Origin: Gemmatimonas sp. | GTDB taxonomy: Bacteria > Gemmatimonadota > Gemmatimonadetes > Gemmatimonadales > Gemmatimonadaceae | Direction of reading: 5' to 3' | NCBI RefSeq assembly: GCF_041689975.1 | Contig: NZ_JBDNFF010000075.1 | Location: 585-64,584, forward strand | DNA length: 64,000 nt | Shown: piece by piece, positions 46,211 to 55,332 of the stretch | How the letters are laid out: each line of letters starts with the position of its first letter | How positions within the stretch are numbered: position 1 is the first letter of the stretch | Program-made: the position numbers and the translations under genes | Notes under the pieces: model-generated | The model's database searches: none | The model's input: only the letters and a program-made list of their open reading frames with translations | Told to the model about the DNA's origin: nothing

Positions 46211-48913
46211 ATGTGGCGGTGGCAGGTGGTACGACGTGGGGTGACGCTGGGCGCGATCGCGGTCTCGATCGCGCCCCTTGCTGTCGTTCGCGCCGCGCGC
46301 GGACCTGATCCGGTTTGCGCTGTCCGACTCGGGTCGCAGGAGCGCTCGTCGATCTGGGCACCGCCGCTGGACCGCGTCGTGAACCTGCACGTGCCCGATG
46401 TCCCGATTCGCGAAGCGCTCGATCGCCTTGCCGTCGTCGCCAGGATCGAACTGTCGTACAGCGTCGAGCTGCTGCCGGCCGGGAAGCGGGTGTGTCTCAC
46501 GCTCGATCGCGTGCCTGTTGGTGCCGTGCTGGAATCACTGTTGTCCGGTACGTCGTTGCGATCGATCGTGCTTGGCACCACGCAGGTCGTGCTGGCCCCG
46601 ACACGCGCCGGTGTGGTGGCGGACGTCGGCACGGGCGCTGTTTCTGCGGGCGGCTTGGCGAGTACCGCGTCGAGCTCTGCGAATTCGCGACGGGCCAGTG
46701 TGCTCGATCGCGTGGTGGTGACGGGATCCCCCGATGGCGCTCCGCAGCGCGGATCGCCGTTCGCGCTCGATGTCATCGACGGGGAGACGCTCGCCCGCCA
46801 TGGTGTAGGCACACTCGGTGAGGCATTGGACCTCGCCGTTCCCGGGGTGTGGTCGTGGACGGCAAGTGCCGGCACACTGTCGGCGCGCTACGGCAGCATT
46901 CGCGGGGCCAGTTCGTTCGGCGTCAGTGCGCCGAAGATTTATCTGGACGGCATCGAGGTCGCCAATCCGCTGCTGGTCACGCAGCTCGATCCGGCGCGTG
47001 TGGAGCGCGTGGAAGTCATTCGCGGACCACAGGGCGCGGCGTTGTACGGCGCCGATGCGATCAGCGGCGTCGTGAACATTCTCACGCGACACGATGGGAC
47101 ACCTACCGGCGCGCCCGAGGTCCAGCTGTCCACCACGGCAGGATTGTCGGCCACGGCGTACGCGCCGCGCGATGCCTTCGTGCAGGATCATGCGCTGTCC
47201 TTTCGGAGCGGCAGCAGCTCCCGCAGCCTCGGGCTCGGACTGAACATCGGCACGGTGGGCGCGTACGTGCCGGGTGCCTCGGAGCAGCGCCTGCTGGCCG
47301 ATGCCGACGTGCGGGTCGTGCATGCGAACGCCGTGTTCACCGGCACCGCGCGCTTCTCGGCGCAGCGCGCCAACGCCAGCACGAGCCTCATCTTTGGTGG
47401 TTCCACGACGCCGTCGCTCACGGCGAGCGCGGACGCATCGGCCTCGCCCGTGGGTCCGTCACGCCTGCGTGCGACGGCGAGCGGGCTCGGTGCCGCGCTA
47501 CCGGATTCGAGCGGGAATCGACCGCCATTCGACCCCACGGCGCGGGTGCCGTTTGCCGGTGATAGTGCGACGGGCCAGTCGTTGTCGCAGTACACGGTCG
47601 GCGGTACGATGGCGGTGATGCCGAATCTGCATTGGACGCATACCGTGATCGCCGGTGTCGATGGCTATCGATTGCGGGGCCTTTCCACTGCGTCGCTGCC
47701 GACACCCGTATCGTCCACGAGTGCATTGGGCGAGGGACAAGGCGCGGCCGATCGCGGCACGCTCCGGTTGCGCACGGTTGGTCGCTTCGATCTGGCCGAG
47801 GGTACGTTGCTGGCAGTGACCTTCGCCGCAGAGCAGGCGCTGACGCGTGATGTGTCGTCGGCGCTGATCGAAGCGCCGGGATATCGCCCCGGCGGCGGCG
47901 CACTCACGCCGGTCATTGCGCCATCGCCCACTGTATTGCGATTCGCGCAGAGCTGGATCAACAACGCCGGTCTATCGGCGCAGGCCATGCTGTCCTGGCA
48001 CGACCGGTGGTACTTCTCGGCCGGTGGTCGCGCCGAACGCACCAGCGGAGCGACGGCGACCGTGCAGCACGCGCTGCTGCCGATGGTCGGCGCGGCCTAC
48101 GTGCGCGAGTACGGGCCGGCGGTGTTGAAGCTCCGCAGTGCATTCGGTACGGGGATTCGGCCGGCGCGAACATTGGCGCGCGGCACGTCGTGGATGGGGC
48201 GCGGTGGTGCATCGGAGGGACTTGAGCCGGAGCAGCAGACTGGCCTCGAAGCGGGAGCCGATCTGGTGTTTGCGCATGGGGTATCGGTGCACGTCACGCG
48301 GTTCGATCAGGAAGCGTCCGGGCTGATCCAGCCGGTCGGATCGATGACGACGGCAGTTGGCACGAACGGCCGCATCGTCCGCAACCTGTCGTATACGCTG
48401 CAGAACGTCGGTGCGATCACGAACCGGGGCTGGGAGCTCCAAGCCACGGCGCGTCGAAGCAGTCTGCAGCTGGCCGGTGCCTTGTCTCTCGTGGACAGCC
48501 GTGTGGCCCGTACGGCCAACGGCTACCGCGGTGAGCTGCGCGTCGGCGATCGCATGCTCGACGTGCCGGCATCGACGGTGAGTCTGTCGGCCGCGTGGGC
48601 CGCTCGTCGGTGGAGTCTCAGCTCGACCGCCACGCGGGCGGCGGACTGGATCGGCTACGATCGCAACGCCATCGGTGAAGCACTCGCCAATACCACGAGG
48701 GAGTACGACGTCGGTGGGCCGCTGTTGCGTCGCTACTGGCTGAACTACAGCGGCGTGACGCGCTGGCGGGCCAATGCGAGCTATAAGCTGCGCGGCGACT
48801 TGTCGGTGCTGATCGGCGGCGAGAATCTCTTGAACGTGCAACGCGGCGCTCCTGACAATGCGACCGTGACCGCTGGCCGCACGTTGAGCTTCGGACTTCG
48901 GTCGCTGTTCTGA
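46211..48913 (+). CDS. TonB-dependent receptor with N-terminal STN signalling domain (FecA-type transducer)
   Basis: Signal peptide, STN-like IREALDRLAVVARIELSYS, plug (VVVTGS...IRGASS), long beta-barrel, C-terminal ...SFGLRSLF. Confidence 0.9.
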   Translation: MWRWQVVRRGVTLGAIAVSIAPLAVVRAARGPDPVCAVRLGSQERSSIWAPPLDRVVNLHVPDVPIREALDRLAVVARIELSYSVELLPAGKRVCLTLDRVPVGAVLESLLSGTSLRSIVLGTTQVVLAPTRAGVVADVGTGAVSAGGLASTASSSANSRRASVLDRVVVTGSPDGAPQRGSPFALDVIDGETLARHGVGTLGEALDLAVPGVWSWTASAGTLSARYGSIRGASSFGVSAPKIYLDGIEVANPLLVTQLDPARVERVEVIRGPQGAALYGADAISGVVNILTRHDGTPTGAPEVQLSTTAGLSATAYAPRDAFVQDHALSFRSGSSSRSLGLGLNIGTVGAYVPGASEQRLLADADVRVVHANAVFTGTARFSAQRANASTSLIFGGSTTPSLTASADASASPVGPSRLRATASGLGAALPDSSGNRPPFDPTARVPFAGDSATGQSLSQYTVGGTMAVMPNLHWTHTVIAGVDGYRLRGLSTASLPTPVSSTSALGEGQGAADRGTLRLRTVGRFDLAEGTLLAVTFAAEQALTRDVSSALIEAPGYRPGGGALTPVIAPSPTVLRFAQSWINNAGLSAQAMLSWHDRWYFSAGGRAERTSGATATVQHALLPMVGAAYVREYGPAVLKLRSAFGTGIRPARTLARGTSWMGRGGASEGLEPEQQTGLEAGADLVFAHGVSVHVTRFDQEASGLIQPVGSMTTAVGTNGRIVRNLSYTLQNVGAITNRGWELQATARRSSLQLAGALSLVDSRVARTANGYRGELRVGDRMLDVPASTVSLSAAWAARRWSLSSTATRAADWIGYDRNAIGEALANTTREYDVGGPLLRRYWLNYSGVTRWRANASYKLRGDLSVLIGGENLLNVQRGAPDNATVTAGRTLSFGLRSLF

Positions 48914-48937
48914 GCGACCGGCATAACGGGACAACGA

Positions 48938-48974
48938 AGAAGCGCCCGACGGCTGACGGCCGTCGGGCGCTTCT
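48938..48974. terminator. Bidirectional stem-loop between the TonB receptor and the S8 protease
   Basis: 16-bp perfect stem AGAAGCGCCCGACGGC / GCCGTCGGGCGCTTCT with a 5-nt loop. Confidence 0.7.
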
Positions 48975-49010
48975 CGCACTGCTGTCGTGTTCCGGCGTCT
49001 TACACGATAA

Positions 49011-50525
49011 TCAGAAGACCACCGTGACATCGGGCGAGCAGATCGTGGTGCCGGCATTACAGACCTTGTAGGTCCAGGTGCCCCTCGCGATCCTCGAGTC
49101 GTTGTACGAGCCGTCGTTCGCCGTCGTCACAAATCGGGCGGCGTTGCGATACAGATCGACGTTGGTCGTTGTCGCGCCGCTCCAGGTAAGCCTCGAGGTG
49201 TTCTGGTTCTTCGTGACCTGCTTGGTGATCGAGAGCGAGATCACCGTCGGCGACGGCGGCGGCGGTGGTGGCGGCGTGGTGACCGTATCCGTCGGCGGGG
49301 TCACGGAGGCGGTGAACATGTTCGTGAGCAAGACGTTCGGTGATCCGTTACCCGGGTTTACCACGATGTTCGCGGTGCCGCCGGCGAGCATGGTGCTGCG
49401 CACCTGCGCCGCCGTGTACGTGGGATAACTACCGAGAATCAGCGCGGCCACGCCGGCTACGTGCGGCGAAGCCATCGACGTGCCACTGAGCGTGCCGTAC
49501 GCGCTGGTCGAGCCGATGTACGCCGAGTAAATGCCGCTGCCCGGGGCGAAGAGGTCGAGGCAGCTGCCGAAGTTCGAGTAACTGGCGCGGTTGTCGTTCG
49601 ACTCGGTGGCACCGACGGTCAGTGCGTTCGGCGTGCTGGCCGGCGACGTGCTGCAGGCGTCGGCGTTTTCATTGCCGGCAGCCACGGCGAAGGTCACGCC
49701 GGCGGCGATCGCCTTGCTGACGGCATCGTTCAGGGAAGCGCTGAAGCCGCCGCCCAGGCTCATGTTCGCGGCCATCGGGATCGACCTGTTGGCCGTCTTC
49801 TGACCGGTCACCCAGTCGATACCGGCGATGACGCCACTCCAGGTGCCGCTGCCGCTGCAGTCGAGCACGCGAACGGGCACCACGTTGGCGCCGCGCGCCA
49901 CACCGGTCGAGCTGCCTCCGATCGTGCCGGCGACATGCGTACCGTGACCGTTGCAGTCTTGTGGGTTGTTGTCGCCGAAGGCCGAGAAGCCGGCCAGCGC
50001 GCGGCCTGTGAACTGCTCATGCGAGGTGAGGATGCCCGTGTCGACGATGTAGACCCGGACGCCCGCACCATTGCCGGCGAAGCTATACTGGCCGTCGAGG
50101 GGCAGGGGGCGCTGGTCGAGGCGGTCGAGACCCCACGACGAGGCGCTGACCGTCTCGCGGATGGAGACTTTGCCGTCTCGTTCAACGCGGAGAATACCGC
50201 TGGCAGTCTCCAGTCGTTTGGCCGCGGCCGGCGTGAGCGTGGCCGAGAAGCCCTTCAGGGCAAACTTGTATTCGCGCTTGAGCAGACCCTTCTGCTGGGC
50301 GATCAGGGCACGGGCGCGGCCCTTGGGGTCCGATTCGCTGTCATCGAAGGTCACGATGTAATCGATCTGCGTACTGTCGTCTTCGGCCGCGCGGGAAGCA
50401 GCGGCGGCAGCCAAGCGGGCGGCGGGACCGGCAGGACTCGTCACCTCGGTGGCATCCGAGCAGGCCGTCAAGGAGACGACCGCGAACAACAGTGAGCCAG
50501 CGGAGACGCGCGAAAAGAGTGGCAT
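49011..50525 (-). CDS. Subtilisin/proteinase-K-like S8 serine protease, lipoprotein, with I9 propeptide and a C-terminal extra domain
   Basis: ATG 50525. Lipobox SLTAC. Triad boxes VYIVDTGI, HGTHVAGT, GTSMASPHVAG. Poly-Pro linker TPPPPPPPSP. Confidence 0.9.
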   Translation of the reverse strand: MPLFSRVSAGSLLFAVVSLTACSDATEVTSPAGPAARLAAAAASRAAEDDSTQIDYIVTFDDSESDPKGRARALIAQQKGLLKREYKFALKGFSATLTPAAAKRLETASGILRVERDGKVSIRETVSASSWGLDRLDQRPLPLDGQYSFAGNGAGVRVYIVDTGILTSHEQFTGRALAGFSAFGDNNPQDCNGHGTHVAGTIGGSSTGVARGANVVPVRVLDCSGSGTWSGVIAGIDWVTGQKTANRSIPMAANMSLGGGFSASLNDAVSKAIAAGVTFAVAAGNENADACSTSPASTPNALTVGATESNDNRASYSNFGSCLDLFAPGSGIYSAYIGSTSAYGTLSGTSMASPHVAGVAALILGSYPTYTAAQVRSTMLAGGTANIVVNPGNGSPNVLLTNMFTASVTPPTDTVTTPPPPPPPSPTVISLSITKQVTKNQNTSRLTWSGATTTNVDLYRNAARFVTTANDGSYNDSRIARGTWTYKVCNAGTTICSPDVTVVF

Positions 50526-50779
50526 CGATGGGTTCGGTTCGAAAAGGTAAGACCGCCCTCGGCGCCTGGTGCGTCGTGCGGTCGAGCTCGTGACGGATGA
50601 CGATGCTTGATCGGCACGGCGCAACACGCAGTTTGTGTGACACAGGTCCCGCATGGTGACAGGCTTAATCGAAACGCCATGAAATGCGGACTCAAGCGGG
50701 GTGATTCGCGTCGAAATCGGGCTCTTGGTGATGAGACCCTGTCCCTCGCGGCCTGCGGGATTGGGCGGCATGTTCTGAT

Positions 50780-52156
50780 ATGGACCGCCGACTCTTTGTT
50801 TCAGCCGTGGCCGGGGCGACCGCCCTGCCCAGTCTCGCCGCCGCGCTCTCGCCGAGTTTCTCGCCGCGATTTTCGCCGCACGCGATCCGGCGTCTGCTCG
50901 ATGCCGCCGATGTCGCGAAAGATCGCGGCGTCGCCCTCTTCGACCCGTCTGCACCCGCCTGGCGCGGCGACGCGGCACAGGCCGAGGCGTTCGCCTCCGA
51001 CGAGGATTTCTGGGAGCCGATCCAGCGCGCGTTCGATCTCGACCGCACGTGGATCAACCTGAACAACGGCGGCTGCTCACCGGCGCCCTCGCACGTCATG
51101 GCGCAGCTCGAGCGCGATCTGCGCTTTTCAAATGAGCTGCCGGTGATTCACATGTGGCAGACGCTCGAGCCGCGCATCGAGATCGTGCGCCGCGAACTGG
51201 CGATCGAGTTCGGCTGCGACACGAACGAAATGGCGATCACGCGCAATGCGTCGGAATCGCTCGAGACGCTCATCTTCGGCATCGACCTCGAGCGCGGCGA
51301 CGAAGTCGTCGTGAGCAACCAGAACTACGGGCGCATGCTGAACGCGTGGAAGCAGCGCGCACGTCGTGATGGCATCGTCGTGAAGGAGGTGTCGTTCCCG
51401 GTGCCGTGCACCGAGCCGCAACAGATCGTGGACGCATTCGCCGCCGCAATGACGTCGCGCACACGAGTGATGGAGATCACGCACATCACGAACCTGACCG
51501 GGCAGATTCTCCCCGTGAAGGAGCTGATCGCGATGGCGCGCGCGAAGGGTGTGGCCACGTTCGTGGACGGGGCACACGCGTTCGCGCAGTTCCCGTTCAC
51601 GCGCGATGAGCTCGACGTGGACTACTACGGCACCAGCTTGCACAAATGGCTCTTGGCGCCGATCGGTACGGGCTTCCTGTACGTGCGTAAGGACAAGATC
51701 GAACCGATGTGGCCGTTGATGGCGGGCAACCCAGGGCAGGAAGCCGACATCCGCAAGTACGAGGAGATCGGCACGCATCCGGCGGCGAATCACAACGCGA
51801 TTTCGGTGTCGCTGGCGTTTCATCGTGCGATCGGCGTGGCGCGCAAGCAGGCGCGTCTCAAGTTCCTGCGTGACCGGTGGGCCAAGCGGCTGCTGGCCGA
51901 GGGAAAGGGACGGGTGAAAGTGCTGACGCCGCTCGATTCCAAGTGGGGCGGCGGCATCGGCTTCTTCAATGTGGACGGGCTCGATCCCGTGAAGCTCGGA
52001 AGCTGGCTGGTGTCGCAGCATCGCGTCGTGCAGACGCCGATTGTGCACGCGGAGTTCAGCGGGATCCGCGTCACCCCCAACGTGTATACCACGTTGGACG
52101 AGATCGACCGGTTCTCCGAGCTCGTACTCAAGGCAATGCGAAACGGTATTGCCTGA
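50780..52156 (+). CDS. Class V-fold PLP-dependent enzyme (isopenicillin-N-epimerase / cysteine-desulfurase-like) with a Tat signal
   Basis: MDRRLFVSAVAGATALPSLAAA twin-arginine leader. PLP-Lys box SLHKW. Confidence 0.85.
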   Translation: MDRRLFVSAVAGATALPSLAAALSPSFSPRFSPHAIRRLLDAADVAKDRGVALFDPSAPAWRGDAAQAEAFASDEDFWEPIQRAFDLDRTWINLNNGGCSPAPSHVMAQLERDLRFSNELPVIHMWQTLEPRIEIVRRELAIEFGCDTNEMAITRNASESLETLIFGIDLERGDEVVVSNQNYGRMLNAWKQRARRDGIVVKEVSFPVPCTEPQQIVDAFAAAMTSRTRVMEITHITNLTGQILPVKELIAMARAKGVATFVDGAHAFAQFPFTRDELDVDYYGTSLHKWLLAPIGTGFLYVRKDKIEPMWPLMAGNPGQEADIRKYEEIGTHPAANHNAISVSLAFHRAIGVARKQARLKFLRDRWAKRLLAEGKGRVKVLTPLDSKWGGGIGFFNVDGLDPVKLGSWLVSQHRVVQTPIVHAEFSGIRVTPNVYTTLDEIDRFSELVLKAMRNGIA

Positions 52157-52178
52157 TGTCCCATACCCGAGTGTGCTG

Positions 52179-52838
52179 ATGTTTCGAGTGTCTCCGATCA
52201 CCATCGCTGCCGTGACGGTTTCGATGTTCACGGTCGTGTTGCCCGTCGTCGTCGCCGCGCAGCCGTTCGAAGGTGCGGTCACGATGCGCCTGTCGGCGCA
52301 GGGCGCGAATGGTCCGCAGCGGCAGGAGATCGAGTATCTGGTGCGCAACGGCAAGGTGCGTGTATCGATGGGAGGACCGGCCGGCGCAATGTCGTTGTTG
52401 TCGGTGCCGCAGGAGCAGAAGGTGTACGTGCTCATGGCCGCGCAGAACGCGTACATGGAAATGCCGATCGCGGACGCGGCGTCGAGTGTCGCCGCGAGGA
52501 CGCCGGCCGACGCGAAGGTCACGCGAACCGGCCGCATGGAAACCGTGGCTGGCTTTTCGTGCGAACACGTGAACGTCACGACTGTGGCGCAGACGGTCGA
52601 TGTCTGCTTGGCGAAGGGACTTGGTGGCTACGTGAACCCGTTGAGCGCGATGCAACGCAGCAGCGAGCCGGCGTGGCAACGTATGCTCACGGCCGATGGC
52701 GGCTTCCCGCTCAAGGTCACGATGCCCGACGGGAGCGTTCCACTCGAGGTCGTGAAGATCGAGAAGAAGCGATTGGCCAACGACCTGTTCTCGGTGCCGC
52801 TCAACTACACCAAGATGGAGATGCCACGCCGTCGTTGA
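52179..52838 (+). CDS. Secreted hypothetical protein (DUF4412-like)
   Basis: ATG 52179. Signal-like MFRVSPITIAAVTVSMFTVVLPVVVAAQP, followed by a beta-rich body. Confidence 0.65.
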   Translation: MFRVSPITIAAVTVSMFTVVLPVVVAAQPFEGAVTMRLSAQGANGPQRQEIEYLVRNGKVRVSMGGPAGAMSLLSVPQEQKVYVLMAAQNAYMEMPIADAASSVAARTPADAKVTRTGRMETVAGFSCEHVNVTTVAQTVDVCLAKGLGGYVNPLSAMQRSSEPAWQRMLTADGGFPLKVTMPDGSVPLEVVKIEKKRLANDLFSVPLNYTKMEMPRRR

Positions 52839-52873
52839 GACCCTGGCAGCGAAGTCGTGGCAGATCGACACGA

Positions 52874-52931
52874 CGGGACGGGGCTGAAACCTCCGTCCCG
52901 CGGTCGCGTTAGGGAAGTAGGGGGCGGACGG
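52874..52931 (+). terminator. Stem-loop followed by a GAAGTAGGG-type G-rich tract
   Basis: 8-bp stem CGGGACGG / CCGTCCCG (52874-52900), then GTTAGGGAAGTAGGGGGCGGACGG (GAAGTAGGG at 52914-52922). Confidence 0.5.
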
Positions 52932-52989
52932 ACGCACGACGCCAAGAGCTGTGCCATGCGCTCCGTTCCCGATTACTCAGGAGGTTTCC

Positions 52990-53280
52990 GTGTTTTTTCT
53001 CATCTCGTTCGTCATCGCCAGCATCCTGGCCGTCGTGCTTTATGGCACCACGCGCCGCTTTGTCCGCAATCGGCTGCGGTACGTCGACTCGGTGCAGAAG
53101 GGCATCGCACCGTGGGCCGCCGGTGGGGCGGCATTTCTGCTGGGCGCGGTGTTGGTGCCGTTCCTGCCGCTCGTGGGTCTCGGCACTGCCTTGACCGCGG
53201 GCCTGGCGGTCGGTTCCGGAGTCGCTGCGGGCGCCCGGGACATCAAACAGGGCATCTCGCCGGTCGTGTACGGACCGTGA
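52990..53280 (+). CDS. Small membrane protein (3 predicted TM)
   Basis: AGGAGG 6 nt upstream of GTG 52990. Hydrophobic segments VFFLISFVIASILAVVLY, AAGGAAFLLGAVLVPFLPLV and GLGTALTAGLAVGSGVAAG. Confidence 0.55.
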   Translation: MFFLISFVIASILAVVLYGTTRRFVRNRLRYVDSVQKGIAPWAAGGAAFLLGAVLVPFLPLVGLGTALTAGLAVGSGVAAGARDIKQGISPVVYGP

Positions 53281-53325
53281 TCGTGGGAGGGGCCATGTTG
53301 GCCCCCGAGTCGATACAATTGGTGC

Positions 53326-54012
53326 ATGTCAGAACCTTCATTGATACGGCAGTACCCGTCGCTCCCCTGGATTGCGCCGTTCGCGGTGTTCATGATCCTG
53401 CTGGCGATCGGGCCCTCTGTTCCTATACCGCAGCCTTGGGAATCGATTCTCCGCGTCGGGGTGCTGGTCGTGGTGCTGCTGACGATTTCGCGAGACGTGG
53501 TGCTGTCCCTTCGCGTGCGCCACGCGCTGCCGAGTGTGTTGCTCGGGTTAGCGGTCTGCGCCATGTGGGTCGCTCCCGATCAGCTCTTTCCGGGGTGGCG
53601 CGATCACTGGCTCTTTCAGAACAGCATCACCGGGACCGTGACCACCACGATCCCGCCGTCGGAGCTGGCGGATCCTCTCGTTGTGATCCTGCGCGTGGTC
53701 CGCGCCGCGTTGCTGGTGCCGATTCTCGAGGAGCTTTTCTGGCGCGGCTGGCTGCCCCGGTGGATCGTGAACAACGATTGGCAGCAGGTGCCGCTGGGCA
53801 CGTTCAACGTGATGGCGTTCGTGGGCACGGCGGTGTTGTTTGCGAGCGAGCACGGGCCCTTCTGGGAAGTCGGGCTACTGTGCGGCTTGATCTACAACTG
53901 GTGGATGTGGAAGACGAAGTCGCTGGGAGACCTCGTGCTGGTGCACGCCGTTACGAACGCCGCGCTGTCCGGCTTCGTGATGGTGACGAAACAGTACGCC
54001 TACTGGATGTAG
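53326..54012 (+). CDS. CPBP (CAAX/Abi) family intramembrane metalloprotease
   Basis: EELFWRG, FASEHG, HAVTNA; multi-TM. Confidence 0.85.
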   Translation: MSEPSLIRQYPSLPWIAPFAVFMILLAIGPSVPIPQPWESILRVGVLVVVLLTISRDVVLSLRVRHALPSVLLGLAVCAMWVAPDQLFPGWRDHWLFQNSITGTVTTTIPPSELADPLVVILRVVRAALLVPILEELFWRGWLPRWIVNNDWQQVPLGTFNVMAFVGTAVLFASEHGPFWEVGLLCGLIYNWWMWKTKSLGDLVLVHAVTNAALSGFVMVTKQYAYWM

Positions 54013-54317
54013 CGTTCGGGGTGCTCGACTTCGCGCACGAGTATCGCCTGCGCGCCGCCGAAGTCGAGCAGCAACAAGTCGCCGACGCCGTGCTCGATAC
54101 GAACGCTCATACTGTGCGGCGCCGCCGGATTATCGGTATGCAGTACTTCCCCGTCGACGCGATAGACGAGATCGACGACCTGATCCTGTCCGCCGACGTC
54201 CACGTGGTAGCGGAGCACACCGTCGATGAGAAATTCCATGCGCACACCCGGGGCGAAGTCGAGTGACGCGTCGGCGCGCATGAGGCGCCAGATGCCCAAG
54301 AGCCAGTCGGTACTCAT
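54000..54317 (-). CDS. Small lipocalin-like-domain hypothetical protein
   Basis: ATG 54317; WLLGIWRLM start typical of lipocalin-like domains. Convergent 13-nt overlap with the CPBP gene. Confidence 0.55.
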   Translation of the reverse strand: MSTDWLLGIWRLMRADASLDFAPGVRMEFLIDGVLRYHVDVGGQDQVVDLVYRVDGEVLHTDNPAAPHSMSVRIEHGVGDLLLLDFGGAQAILVREVEHPERYIQ

Positions 54318-54333
54318 CGTGGTACTATACACC

Positions 54334-55146
54334 ATGTTTTTCTCGCTGCGCAGGGCCTCGGACGTGGCACGCCGGTGGGTGTGGGTCGCGCTGATCTTCG
54401 CGACTTCACTTGCCGCTCAACCGGCCCCCAGCCTGCCAGCCGCAAGCGTGACGGTCGACCACTCCCCGTTCGACACGTTATTGCGTACTCACGTGACCGA
54501 TGGGCTGGTGGACTATGACGCTTTTCGGGACGCGGTCGCGTTCCGACGCTATCTGACGTCGCTCGAGCGCGCCTCGCTGGCCGGTGTCGACGAGGACGAG
54601 CGTTTGGCGTTCTGGATCAACGTGTACAACGCGTACACCATTCAATTGATCGTCACACACGGGGAGCGCGAGAGTATCCGGAACATCGACCGCACACTCG
54701 GGCTGCTGCGGCTCAAGGGGCCGTGGAGCGAGCCGATCGTGCGTGCCGCCGGACGCACCCTGTCGCTCGACGAAGTGGAGCATCGGATCATCCGCAAGGA
54801 TTTCCACGATCCGCGTATTCACTTTGCGCTGGTCTCGGCGGCCAAGGGGAGCCCGCCATTGCGGTCGGAGGCGTACACGGGCGCCGCGCTCGATCGGCAA
54901 CTGTTCGATCAGGGGACACGGTTTCTGAAAGACAGCACCAAGAACCAGATCGAGACGCGTTTTCCCCGCCTGAGCCCCATCTTCACGTACTACCGGCTCG
55001 ACTTCGGTAACTCGCGCACGGAAATCGGCGCCTTTCTCGCCACCTGGTTCGACGGTGAGACCAAGACGCGCCTGGAATCCGGACGCTTCGGGATGCGGGA
55101 ACTCCCGTTCGACTGGTCGCTGAACGCGAAGCCGCGGCCACGCTGA
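54334..55146 (+). CDS. DUF547 domain protein, secreted
   Basis: Signal-like WVWVALIFATSLAAQP. ERLAFWINVYNAYTIQLIV and IHFALVSAAKGSPPL. Confidence 0.8.
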   Translation: MFFSLRRASDVARRWVWVALIFATSLAAQPAPSLPAASVTVDHSPFDTLLRTHVTDGLVDYDAFRDAVAFRRYLTSLERASLAGVDEDERLAFWINVYNAYTIQLIVTHGERESIRNIDRTLGLLRLKGPWSEPIVRAAGRTLSLDEVEHRIIRKDFHDPRIHFALVSAAKGSPPLRSEAYTGAALDRQLFDQGTRFLKDSTKNQIETRFPRLSPIFTYYRLDFGNSRTEIGAFLATWFDGETKTRLESGRFGMRELPFDWSLNAKPRPR

Positions 55147-55332
55147 GTCGCCGGGGGCTGTTACCCCAGGCCTGCTTCCGACGTCGGAATACACATGCCC
55201 TCTTTCCGGAGCCGCCCATGCACCGTCCCGTTTCCCCGCATCTTACGCGCTCCCGCTCGATTCGATTCGACCGGCAGTCGCTCGCCGAGGGCGGACTCGC
55301 GTTGCTGATTGCCTACGCGGTCGCGTACGCGT

